Positions 1 to 8,525 of a DNA stretch of 30,191 bases are shown here, one piece after another. This DNA comes from Planctomycetaceae bacterium. GTDB lineage: Bacteria > Planctomycetota > Planctomycetia > Pirellulales > Thermoguttaceae. Below the pieces are notes generated by a model. That model was not told the DNA's origin, did no database searches, and saw only the letters and a list, made by a program, of their open reading frames with translations. Numbering within the stretch: the first letter of the stretch is position 1; each line of letters opens with the position of its first letter. The stretch is from assembly GCA_031261125.1 (NCBI GenBank), contig JAISJZ010000094.1, forward strand, positions 1 to 30,191. Reading direction: 5' to 3'. The position numbers were made by a program, and so were the translations under genes.

Positions 1-495
1 ATGAGTGCCGTTGCGCTGGCAACTGACCGGAATGATGTGATTGTCGTGCCGCTGGAAAATCCGAATCAAACGCCGGCATTCGATTACGGTGCGGTGTATA
101 GTCCGCAGAGTCCGAAATTTTCGAGGGCAATGGCGGTTGCTGTTGACGGCTCGTGTATGGTGTTTGTGTCGGGAACGGCGAGTATCACCGATTCCGAGAG
201 CAGGCACGGTGAAGACCCTGCGGCGCAAACCGAAACGACGCTTGACAACATTGCTGCTCTCATTAGTACCGAAAATCTTGAGCGGCACGGCATTAAATTG
301 ACAGCGGGAAACGCTATCTTCCGCTCGTTGGAAACGCTGCAATGCGCGAGGGTTTATGTGAAACGTCCGGCGGAATTGGCAACAGTCAAAGCGGTTTGCG
401 AAAAGCGGTTGGGCGGCATACCGGTTCTTTACACGATTGCCGACGTTTGCCGACCGGAACTGCTTGTTGAAATCGAAGGAATTGCTGTGCGGTAA
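1..495 (+). CDS. FkbO/Hyg5-like chorismatase family protein (Rid/YjgF fold), C-terminal part; probably 5'-truncated by the window edge
   Basis: Motifs LENPNQ..Y...SPKFSRA, VFVSGTASI, Q..TTLDNI, RVYVK and C-terminal DVCRPELLVEIEG resemble FkbO/Hyg5/Rid-fold proteins. The ORF starts at base 1 and is shorter than full-length members. Confidence 0.7.
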   Translation: MSAVALATDRNDVIVVPLENPNQTPAFDYGAVYSPQSPKFSRAMAVAVDGSCMVFVSGTASITDSESRHGEDPAAQTETTLDNIAALISTENLERHGIKLTAGNAIFRSLETLQCARVYVKRPAELATVKAVCEKRLGGIPVLYTIADVCRPELLVEIEGIAVR

Positions 496-496
496 T

Positions 497-1840
497 TCAG
501 TAATCCAGCCCGACATCCCGAAAAAACGACGGGTACAGCCGGCAAATGCAGTCCGCACTGTCAATTTTCACGCCGTCAAGCCGCAAACCGATGAGTCCCA
601 ACGCCAATGCCAGCCGCGGGTCGCCGTCCGGTTCAATTACCGCCGGCTGCAAGTGCTTGCGGGGAACAATCAAAAAGCCGTCTTCAAATTCCGTCAGGTT
701 CACGCCGAACTTTCTTAACTCGGCAAATAACTTCGGCAAACGTTCCGGTTCCCGCTTGCGGATATGAGCAATGTTCGACACCCGCGACGGCGACGCGGCG
801 AACATCGCACAAACGGCAAACGTCTGAATCGAATCAATCATATCGAACATATCAACGGACACTCCCCTTAGTAAAGCGTTCTCCTGCTTGGAAACAATCA
901 CCGAATTATCCTCAAACGCAACGCTGCACCCCATCCGTTGAAGGATATAGACGAATTCCAACTCTTTCTGAATACTGTGTTTCGTCAATCCTTTCACGGC
1001 AACTTGTCCGCCGTTAATGGCGACTGCCGCAAACGCATAATTTGCTAAACCGGCATCCGGTTCGACAACATAGATATGCGGCTTGTACTTCGTTCCTTGC
1101 GGAATAAAATATGTTGTACCGTGAGCAAAAAGAGGATGTTCACCGTCGGTATGTGTTTCGATATCAATGCCGAATTCTTCCATCACGTTCAGTGTCATTG
1201 AAATATACGGGCAGCAACTCAACTGATTGGCAACGTATAATTCCACCGTGCCGTTTTGGGCGGCGAGCGGCGACGCAAGCAGAATACCGCTCAAATACTG
1301 ACTGGAAACGGTACCCGACAGAGCGGCATAACGCCGACCAGTGCCGCTCATTTCCGAAACGATGCCGTACCGTTTTGCCGACGGACTTTCACCGCTGCGT
1401 CCCAGAACGCCGTCTATCAGCAGCGGAAGCGCATCGTAAGCGTCTTCGCTGCGTACATCGGCACCGAGTTGATTCAGCCCGTACAGCAAATCGCCCATCG
1501 GGAAGTGCCGAACCCGTTTATCGCCGCTGATGCGGTACAAGCCGCGGGAAAACGCCAACGCCGCCGTCAAAAAGTTTGCCGTCAGGATACTGCCTTCCAC
1601 GTCGATATATTCTTCATCTACGGGAAATACGCCGTTTTGACCGGTAATTTCGATTCGACCGTGCGATGAATTCTGCCGGAGGTTCAGCCCAAGTTGCCGG
1701 AGGGCGTTGACCATTACCTGCTGGTCTTGAGCATAAAACGAACCTTCGAGGACGGTTTGTCCGTCGGCTAATGCGGCACAGATTAAAGCCCGTTTGGCGA
1801 TACTTTGTGAACTGGGCGGGAAAAGTACAGCGTCTAACAT
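497..1840 (-). CDS. aroA: EPSP synthase (AroA) homolog with degenerate PEP-binding site
   Basis: Colinear with AroA: PPSSQSIAKRALICAALADG, VSSQYLSGILLA, PYISMT, EPD, D313-like MIDS, REPERL, GDPRLA. Several invariant residues are substituted (see findings). Confidence 0.85.
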   Translation of the reverse strand: MLDAVLFPPSSQSIAKRALICAALADGQTVLEGSFYAQDQQVMVNALRQLGLNLRQNSSHGRIEITGQNGVFPVDEEYIDVEGSILTANFLTAALAFSRGLYRISGDKRVRHFPMGDLLYGLNQLGADVRSEDAYDALPLLIDGVLGRSGESPSAKRYGIVSEMSGTGRRYAALSGTVSSQYLSGILLASPLAAQNGTVELYVANQLSCCPYISMTLNVMEEFGIDIETHTDGEHPLFAHGTTYFIPQGTKYKPHIYVVEPDAGLANYAFAAVAINGGQVAVKGLTKHSIQKELEFVYILQRMGCSVAFEDNSVIVSKQENALLRGVSVDMFDMIDSIQTFAVCAMFAASPSRVSNIAHIRKREPERLPKLFAELRKFGVNLTEFEDGFLIVPRKHLQPAVIEPDGDPRLALALGLIGLRLDGVKIDSADCICRLYPSFFRDVGLDY

Positions 1841-1867
1841 AACCGGAGCATTAACAAAATTAACGGA

Positions 1868-1909
1868 GGCAGTTAGTGATTGTCCGTTTTTAATTATTCA
1901 TTGTCAATT
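1868..1909 (-). repeat. Six degenerate tandem heptamers in the aroA-cheA intergenic region
   Basis: Minus strand reads AATTGAC-AATGAAT-AATTAAA-AACGGAC-AATCACT-AACTGCC. Confidence 0.65.
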
Positions 1910-1950
1910 TTTCCATACTTCTGATTTTCTCCATTATTCATCGTTCCTTA

Positions 1951-1959
1951 TGCTATAAT
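1951..1959 (+). promoter_or_regulatory. Extended -10 sigma70-type promoter element upstream of cheA
   Basis: TGCTATAAT is a perfect TGnTATAAT, 53 nt upstream of the cheA ATG. No good -35 seen. Confidence 0.55.
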
Positions 1960-2012
1960 ACGCTGGAAGTTCCTCCGTCGGCAACCGGCGGGGCTAAATA
2001 CGAGAGAGTAAA

Positions 2013-4226
2013 ATGTCCACCGATACCGCCACCACCGTACCGCAGCGAGGCGTTGACCGGATGCTTGTCCGGCTTGAACACCTTGACAAACTGCTCAACC
2101 TCGCCGGCGAGGTGATTATTACGTCCTCGACGCTGCACGAATTGCAGCGCGATATGACCGATGCTGTTACGCACCGTAAGCCAATGACCGAAGGCGACTT
2201 ACAAGTCATTAAGTCCGCCGATGAAGCGTCTGCCCGGATTTCGCAAGACCTGCACGACCTCGTGATGGCAATCCGAATGGTCGAAATCGGTGAAACGTTC
2301 AAACTGTTCCGCCGTCCCGTTCGCGATTTGGCACGGAACCTAAAAAAAGAAATCGACCTGAAATTTGAAGGCGAAAAAGTTCTCATCGACAAAGCCCTTG
2401 CCGAAAAACTTGTCGAACCGCTGCTCCACCTTCTCCGCAACGCTGCCGACCACGGTCTCGAAACGCCGATTGAACGGATTCACAACAACAAGAACGAAAA
2501 GGGCATTATTCTCGTTAAAGCAGTCGAACACGAAGCCGAAACGGAAATTATTGTTTCCGACGACGGACGCGGTATTGATGCTGATAAAATTTACCCGAAA
2601 GCGGAACAACTTGGTTTAATTACGCCCGGAAGCCGCCCGCCGCTGTTGAATGTTCTTTGTATGTCCGGTTTTTCTATGAAGGAAAAAGCGACGGATACAT
2701 CGGGACGCGGTGTCGGTCTCGATTTGGTGAATACAATGGTGAACGAATTCGACGGCACCATTACCTTGGAAAACGACCCCGGACAAGGGGCGACGTTCCA
2801 CCTGAAAATTCCGAAACTCAAAGCGGTTAACATCATTGATGCGCTCATTGTCCGCTGTACCAACACGCTGTACGCTCTGTCGATTGACAAGGTCGTCAGT
2901 TTGCAAGGAGTGAAGGCGGACAGTATCCAAGCGTCAATGGACAGAGAACGGTTCATTCAGTATCTTGGTCGCCCGATTACACTGTTCGATTTATCGGAAC
3001 TGCTCGGCGGCGGGGCATCGGAACAGGAAAATCCCGAAGTGGTGCCGGTTGTCATTATCGAAGGCAAACACAGTAAAATTGCCTGTGTTGTTACGGAATT
3101 TTTGGCTCCGTCAAAACTCGTCAATGTTCCGCTTGCAACGGATATGTTCGGTAAAGAAGCGGCAGGCATTGCCGGAACGTGTATCATCAGCGGCGGACGT
3201 GTCGGTATGACGGTTGACATTGACACCGTTGTTGCGCTTGCCGCAGGCGACCCGTTAAAGCAGGAAGAAGGACACGAAGATGCCGCCGCATTCAGCGAAG
3301 GGGTTCAAGCACTGCCCGCTAACGATAAACCATTTGATTCCTCCGTTCCTGATTCTGCCGCCGTCGGACACACACAGGACGAGTTAATCGAAAAGTCCAA
3401 ACTGTCGGCACAGCGGGACAGAATTGCGAACCGCATCGAGGAGAGCAGTCAGAAGGATTTAACAGATACAGACATTTCCGATTTGCTCACAGAACTTTCC
3501 CGCGGTTTAATGGAATTGCAGGATGAACTGTTGACACTGGAAAATGAGAAAGACCCCGAATTGATGAAAGGGGCGTTCCGCCGGCTGCACGCGGCGAAAG
3601 GCAACTTCACGATGTTAGGCGTTTCCACCTCGGCAGGATTGGCGCATCAACTCGAAACACTGCTGGATTATGTCCGCAAAGACCGGCTCGAAATATCGCA
3701 GGAATTGATGGACATTCTCCTCGACGGCGTTGCGGAGTTGAACAACGCGACGAAGATGCTGCCGAAACAGCAGCCGGTTGATAACGCTGCTTTGCTTGAA
3801 CGGATTAAAACGGTATTGGATGCGCAGCAGAAGGCAAAACCGATAACCGACCCGGATGCGGTGTTGGGAACAACGTTCACACTGGTACCGACGGTGGAGT
3901 TGCAACTGTTAGGTGCATTGAAACAAGGTTCACAGGCGTATGAAACGTTCATCCGCTTCAAGCCCGGCAGGCAAGCGGATTTCTTGGTGGCGTATTTGAC
4001 GCTGCGAAAGTTGTGTTATCACGGAACGGTGTTGGCAACGCTGCCGGCAATCAGCGATATAGAGAACGGTTTTTGCGGGACGGCAATGAAGGTCCTATGG
4101 GCATCGCTGTTGAAACCGGACGAATTGAAGTCAGCGATTGACCGTTGGGCGGGGTTGTTTAACATTGAGGAACATCACAGCGTTCCGACGACGGTATTCC
4201 GGTACGATGCCAATGCGGAAATCTGA
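2013..4226 (+). CDS. cheA: Chemotaxis histidine kinase CheA, circularly permuted (P3-P4-P5-P1-P2)
   Basis: P3 (LVRLEHLDKLLNLAGEVII), N box HLLRNAADHG, G1 SDDGRGID, G2 SGRGVGLD, GQGATF, CheW-like P5, Hpt FRRLHAAKGNF (His526), then a P2-like domain at the C-terminus. Confidence 0.93.
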   Translation: MSTDTATTVPQRGVDRMLVRLEHLDKLLNLAGEVIITSSTLHELQRDMTDAVTHRKPMTEGDLQVIKSADEASARISQDLHDLVMAIRMVEIGETFKLFRRPVRDLARNLKKEIDLKFEGEKVLIDKALAEKLVEPLLHLLRNAADHGLETPIERIHNNKNEKGIILVKAVEHEAETEIIVSDDGRGIDADKIYPKAEQLGLITPGSRPPLLNVLCMSGFSMKEKATDTSGRGVGLDLVNTMVNEFDGTITLENDPGQGATFHLKIPKLKAVNIIDALIVRCTNTLYALSIDKVVSLQGVKADSIQASMDRERFIQYLGRPITLFDLSELLGGGASEQENPEVVPVVIIEGKHSKIACVVTEFLAPSKLVNVPLATDMFGKEAAGIAGTCIISGGRVGMTVDIDTVVALAAGDPLKQEEGHEDAAAFSEGVQALPANDKPFDSSVPDSAAVGHTQDELIEKSKLSAQRDRIANRIEESSQKDLTDTDISDLLTELSRGLMELQDELLTLENEKDPELMKGAFRRLHAAKGNFTMLGVSTSAGLAHQLETLLDYVRKDRLEISQELMDILLDGVAELNNATKMLPKQQPVDNAALLERIKTVLDAQQKAKPITDPDAVLGTTFTLVPTVELQLLGALKQGSQAYETFIRFKPGRQADFLVAYLTLRKLCYHGTVLATLPAISDIENGFCGTAMKVLWASLLKPDELKSAIDRWAGLFNIEEHHSVPTTVFRYDANAEI

Positions 4227-4291
4227 CCTCTTGACGCTGAACGGTCCATAAATTACACTGTTCTTTTCGATTTTCGTGAACCGCTTGAACA

Positions 4292-5680
4292 ATGCCGACC
4301 TCCGCCGCTTCCGAAACACTGCCGGAACCGAAATACTACCTGGGATGCTACAAACCGGGTATTGCCGGAGTGTTCCATACAACCGGTGTCCGCTTACTGC
4401 TTGTTCTGCCGTTTGCCGTTGCTGTTTCCATTTCGGCGGGCGATATTTTGGCAACGCTCATTCTTGCTTGTTGGCTGCTCGGCGGCAGTTGGAAAGAACG
4501 CCGGACAATTCTCCGCAACAGTCCGGTACTGCTCGCTGCCTTGCCGTTTATCGCTCTGACTTTTATCGGCATTTTCCGCTACGAAGATTCGCTGCTCAAA
4601 TCGCTCCGGTATTGGAACGGGCATTATCCGCTGTTTTACGTTGCCGTTTTTGCAACGCTCCTCGACCGTAAAACCGACCGCTGTGCGCTGCTGTCGTGCA
4701 TCAATCTTGCATTTCTTTTGACGTGGTTCTGTCCCGTTTATCTTGCCGTTTATTATGCCGATGCTCTGCCGGAGATATTTTACAGCGCGCGTATCCATTC
4801 CTTTCAACTGTACCGCAATACAATATGTTTCGGAATGGCGTTAAACATCTGGATTCTCCTTTGGATTTATCTGCCGTATTCATCACGGCACATTCCGCTG
4901 GTACAGCGTGTTGTGCCACGGTTCCTGCTCGACGCAATGGAAACCGCAAGCACTTCGCTGCCGGCACGCTGGAACAGAACAGTGATAATGCTTTTCACGC
5001 TGCGGTGGGGCATCGTAATATTCGCGACCTATTATCTGTTCTTTGTCAATTCGTCCCGAACGGCGCAGTTGGCAATTCTTTTCGCCTATGCCGCGGGACT
5101 GCTGCTCAAAACCGGTTGGCGGGGATTTGCCGCCGCTGCGGGACTCATCGTACTGCTCATCGGTGCTTCATCGGAATTCTCCGACATTTTCCAAAAGAAA
5201 ATCAATCTGTCGATTAGTGAATCAAAAATGTTCTATGACCTTATGTCCGGCAAGGTCAATGAAAAAAAATATGCCAAAACGGAATATATGCGGCTCGGAA
5301 CGTACTACTTTCTGATTCCTGCCGTTTCGGAAAAACCGGTCTTCGGCTGGGGAATGGAACAAGGACAAATTCTTGTCAAGGAGCGTACCCGGTACAACGA
5401 CCCGCATAGTGAATTTCTGCTTGTCGTGTTGCAGCACGGTTTTGCCGGACTTATTCTTTTTCTTTTTTGGCTGCTTGTATTTTTGCTGAACACATTCCGG
5501 TTCAAACCGCCGGTGCGTCAACTCGGCATTTGTTTGTTTATCGTATTGTGTATTGACTGCTTTTTTAATTGTGCGCTGTCATACCATCGGGAAGCATTTC
5601 TGTTCTGCTTTTTGTTTGCGGTGCTGTTTGTGATAGAAAGTACCGCGGAACTCTCTTTTACCGTTTCTTCCGAACAATGA
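4292..5680 (+). CDS. O-antigen ligase / Wzy_C family membrane protein
   Basis: Many TM segments; SSRTAQ, RLGTY..., PVFGWG, DPHSEFL..LQHGFAGL match the WaaL/Wzy_C periplasmic-loop motifs. Confidence 0.8.
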   Translation: MPTSAASETLPEPKYYLGCYKPGIAGVFHTTGVRLLLVLPFAVAVSISAGDILATLILACWLLGGSWKERRTILRNSPVLLAALPFIALTFIGIFRYEDSLLKSLRYWNGHYPLFYVAVFATLLDRKTDRCALLSCINLAFLLTWFCPVYLAVYYADALPEIFYSARIHSFQLYRNTICFGMALNIWILLWIYLPYSSRHIPLVQRVVPRFLLDAMETASTSLPARWNRTVIMLFTLRWGIVIFATYYLFFVNSSRTAQLAILFAYAAGLLLKTGWRGFAAAAGLIVLLIGASSEFSDIFQKKINLSISESKMFYDLMSGKVNEKKYAKTEYMRLGTYYFLIPAVSEKPVFGWGMEQGQILVKERTRYNDPHSEFLLVVLQHGFAGLILFLFWLLVFLLNTFRFKPPVRQLGICLFIVLCIDCFFNCALSYHREAFLFCFLFAVLFVIESTAELSFTVSSEQ

Positions 5681-7710
5681 ACACATTGCAAAATACCGTA
5701 TTCCTGTTCCTTCTTTTGACGGTTCTGCCGCCGGTGTTTGCGCAACAGCGGCAGCAGCCGAAAATCGGATATGTTTATCCGGCAGGCGGACAACAAGGAA
5801 CAACGTTCCGTGTTATCCTCGGCGGTCGGCAAGTTGCCCGAAGCACCGGAGTTTTCGTTTCCGGCAACGGTGTAAGCGGCAAAATCGTCTTCGGAGGTAA
5901 TACCGTCATCAACAACGGCGAGCAAAACAGGGTTGCCCGGTACTTGTTCGACAACCGCCGGTTTGAACTTGGACTGCTGAACCAAAAGCCGAAACCGCCC
6001 GTCTCTACCGAACTGATGCCGTTGCCGAAGCCGGAGGAAATCAAAAACCGGTACCTGTTATTTAACGGCATTGACAGCGCAGCGGCAGAGGATTTGCAGT
6101 TGATATACTATTGGTACTTTATGCCGCGTCCCGACCCGCGACCGGGCGACGCTCTGAACCAAGCCGTTCAGGCAGAAATCACCATTGATGCTGACGCCGA
6201 ACCCGGAAGCCGTGATTTGCGGCTGTTGACGAACGGCGGTTTAACGCCGCCCGTCCGGTTCATTATCGGTACGAATTATGAGGTGAAAGAAATCGAACCG
6301 AACGAACCGGCGGTCGGAAACGAAGATACAAAATCATATTCCTCATTTTCTCCGTTTTCTTCTTCGTTCAAACAACTGCCGGCGCAGAAATTGCCGGTTG
6401 TGTTTAACGGACAGATTTACCGCGGTGATGTGGATAGATTCTTCTTTGAAGCCGGTAAGGGGCAAAAACTGGTTGTCCGTGTTCGGGCGAGGTATTTAAT
6501 GCCGTATTTGGCGGACGGCGTTCCGGGCTGGTTTCAACCGGTGATAACGATTTATGATTCCAGCGGGGAGAAATGCGGCGAATCTTATTCGTACCGGTTC
6601 GACCCCGACCCGGTGATTTTGTTCGACGTACCGAAGAATGATGTTTATTCTATCGAAATACAGGACACTGTTTATCGCGGCAGACCGGATTTTGTTTATC
6701 GAATAAGTGTTGATGAATCGCCGTTTGTAACATCGGTGTTTCCGCTCGGCGGAAGTACAGGCAGACCGGCAGCGGTAGACATACAGGGCTGGAATCTTCC
6801 GGCGAAGGTTGCAACATTGAAAACGGAAAAAGCCGGTGTATTTGAATTGACGAAAATCGGCAAAACATCATTGCCGTTCCCGATTCGGTATGCCGTTGAC
6901 GATTTACCGGAAACGTTTGAAAAAGAATCGAACAACAGCGTTTCGTTATCGCAAAAAGTGAAGTTGCCGGTGATTGTTAACGGCCGCATTAACACGGCGG
7001 CGGATACGGATTACTTTACGTTCAATGGTAAGAAAGGCAGCAAAATCGTGCTGGACGTTTCTGCCCGTTCGTTAAACTCACCGCTGGACGCAAGTATCGA
7101 GTTGCTTGATTCAACCGGAAAAATTCTGGCAGCAAACGATGACCGCTCCGGCAGCGACGGACCGAACATCGGTTTGGAAACACATCACGCCGACCCGTAC
7201 ATTCTTGCGGAACTTCCGGCAGACGGGATTTACACAGTACGGCTTTTTAATGTCTTGCAGCAGGGCGGAACGGAATATGGTTACCGTCTGCGCATTTCGC
7301 CGCCGCAGATGGATGTGGCCGTCTATGCGGAACCGGCGAGTATTTACTTTTCCGGCAGAGAACAGCCGCTCAAATTGACGGTTATCCGCAAAGACGGTTT
7401 TGACGAAAACATTAAAGTTGAATTGACAAAGAGCAGTAAGGAAAAGGGCTTTGAACTAACGGCATCGGACATTCCGAAAGGAAAAGACAGCACAACGGCA
7501 ATGCTGAAAGCAACGGCTTACACGGGGCAATTAACGGACATTGATTTGGAAGCGGTCATTACCGTCAATGGTAAAGAACTCCGCCGAAAGGTGATTGCCG
7601 TTGACGACTGGGAACAAGCGTTTATTTATCATCATCTCGTACCGGCATCATCGTTGAACGTTGCCGGTCAGAAAAGATATGTACCGCCGCGCCGGGACGG
7701 AGGGAAATAA
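5677..7710 (+). CDS. Exported protein with repeated PPC (pre-peptidase C-terminal)-like domains, planctomycete type
   Basis: ATG at 5677 overlaps the upstream stop (ATGA); signal-peptide-like N-terminus; PKIGYVYPAGGQQGTT, EIEPN, DVDRFFF, EKESNNS, DTDYFTF, SPLDASIEL, DPYILAELPADGIYTV repeats. No protease catalytic domain recognised. Confidence 0.7.
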   Translation: MNTLQNTVFLFLLLTVLPPVFAQQRQQPKIGYVYPAGGQQGTTFRVILGGRQVARSTGVFVSGNGVSGKIVFGGNTVINNGEQNRVARYLFDNRRFELGLLNQKPKPPVSTELMPLPKPEEIKNRYLLFNGIDSAAAEDLQLIYYWYFMPRPDPRPGDALNQAVQAEITIDADAEPGSRDLRLLTNGGLTPPVRFIIGTNYEVKEIEPNEPAVGNEDTKSYSSFSPFSSSFKQLPAQKLPVVFNGQIYRGDVDRFFFEAGKGQKLVVRVRARYLMPYLADGVPGWFQPVITIYDSSGEKCGESYSYRFDPDPVILFDVPKNDVYSIEIQDTVYRGRPDFVYRISVDESPFVTSVFPLGGSTGRPAAVDIQGWNLPAKVATLKTEKAGVFELTKIGKTSLPFPIRYAVDDLPETFEKESNNSVSLSQKVKLPVIVNGRINTAADTDYFTFNGKKGSKIVLDVSARSLNSPLDASIELLDSTGKILAANDDRSGSDGPNIGLETHHADPYILAELPADGIYTVRLFNVLQQGGTEYGYRLRISPPQMDVAVYAEPASIYFSGREQPLKLTVIRKDGFDENIKVELTKSSKEKGFELTASDIPKGKDSTTAMLKATAYTGQLTDIDLEAVITVNGKELRRKVIAVDDWEQAFIYHHLVPASSLNVAGQKRYVPPRRDGGK

Positions 7711-7792
7711 GAATAATCAATTTCTTGGAATATCATCATCTTCGGCGGCGTTATAATGATATACGGTGCTGTGATTCACAAGAAAGAACATT

Positions 7793-8278
7793 ATGCCGCT
7801 GCCGGTTGAACGATTTCAGGAATTAGCAGAGCAATTCGCTTCGCCGCTGACTTTGTACGCCCGGCAATTTTTCGCCGATAACGATTTTCACCGCGGCGAA
7901 GATGCTGTTCAAAATGTTCTGTTCCGATTGAGTCAACAACCGAAAGAACCCGAAAACGCTGCCGCTTGGCTTTACAAAGCCGTCCGCAATGAGGCAATTT
8001 TGGCATCACGCAGCGAAACACGGCGGAAACGGCGGGAAGCCGGAACGGAGAACGGTAAGTTCCCGTTCTTTCAACTGTTGCCGGACAATCAACTCGATGC
8101 TGTCGAAGTTGCCGATGCGCTGCAAAAATTGGAACCGGATGAGCGGGAAATCATTACACTGCACATTTGGGGCGGTTTGCCGTTTGCGGAAATTGCCGAA
8201 GTCGCCGGTGTACCGCAAACGACAGCGTATCGGAAGTATAAAGAATCTTTAGAAAAATTGAAACAATGGATGAGTTAG
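7793..8278 (+). CDS. ECF-type RNA polymerase sigma-70 family factor
   Basis: Region 2 (LTLYARQF, EDAVQNVLF, AWLYKAVRNEA) and region 4 (ALQKLEPDEREIITLHIWGGLPFAEIAEVAGVPQTTAYRKY). Confidence 0.9.
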   Translation: MPLPVERFQELAEQFASPLTLYARQFFADNDFHRGEDAVQNVLFRLSQQPKEPENAAAWLYKAVRNEAILASRSETRRKRREAGTENGKFPFFQLLPDNQLDAVEVADALQKLEPDEREIITLHIWGGLPFAEIAEVAGVPQTTAYRKYKESLEKLKQWMS

Positions 8279-8514
8279 AATTAAAATTGCGTTCCCTGAA
8301 ACCGGTACAGGTATCGTTTTTATTGCGGACAAGTCCGCCGGCTAAAAGCGATTGGCGGTTTTACTGCGTTCAAATCCCGACAGCACTGGCGGTGTCTGTA
8401 CTGTTGACCGCGGCGTTGTCAATGCTGCCGAGCGGAAAACAAGCGGAACAGTTTTTCGCTGAACATATTCAGGCACGGCTTATTGTGTCTTTACCTACTC
8501 TTAACTTCCTGTAA
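8266..8514 (+). CDS. Small single-TM protein, candidate anti-sigma/partner of the upstream ECF
   Basis: Overlaps the sigma stop by 13 nt; N-terminal DELELKLRSLKP followed by a hydrophobic helix (IPTALAVSVLLTAALSML). Confidence 0.45.
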   Translation: MDELELKLRSLKPVQVSFLLRTSPPAKSDWRFYCVQIPTALAVSVLLTAALSMLPSGKQAEQFFAEHIQARLIVSLPTLNFL

Positions 8515-8525
8515 CATTCAATCCA

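Noticed and set aside
497-1840. AroA-like gene as MurA or as a pseudogene
   Set aside because: It has the AroA-specific SSQ and PY motifs and lacks the MurA Cys loop; there is no frameshift or internal stop.
5569-5676. 36-aa N-terminal extension of the PPC protein in the ORF track
   Set aside because: It overlaps the O-antigen ligase 3' end; ATG 5677 gives an ATGA overlap and a signal peptide.
7752-7757. TATAAT upstream of the ECF sigma gene
   Set aside because: No TG extension and no -35 at suitable spacing; an AT-rich intergenic match could be chance.
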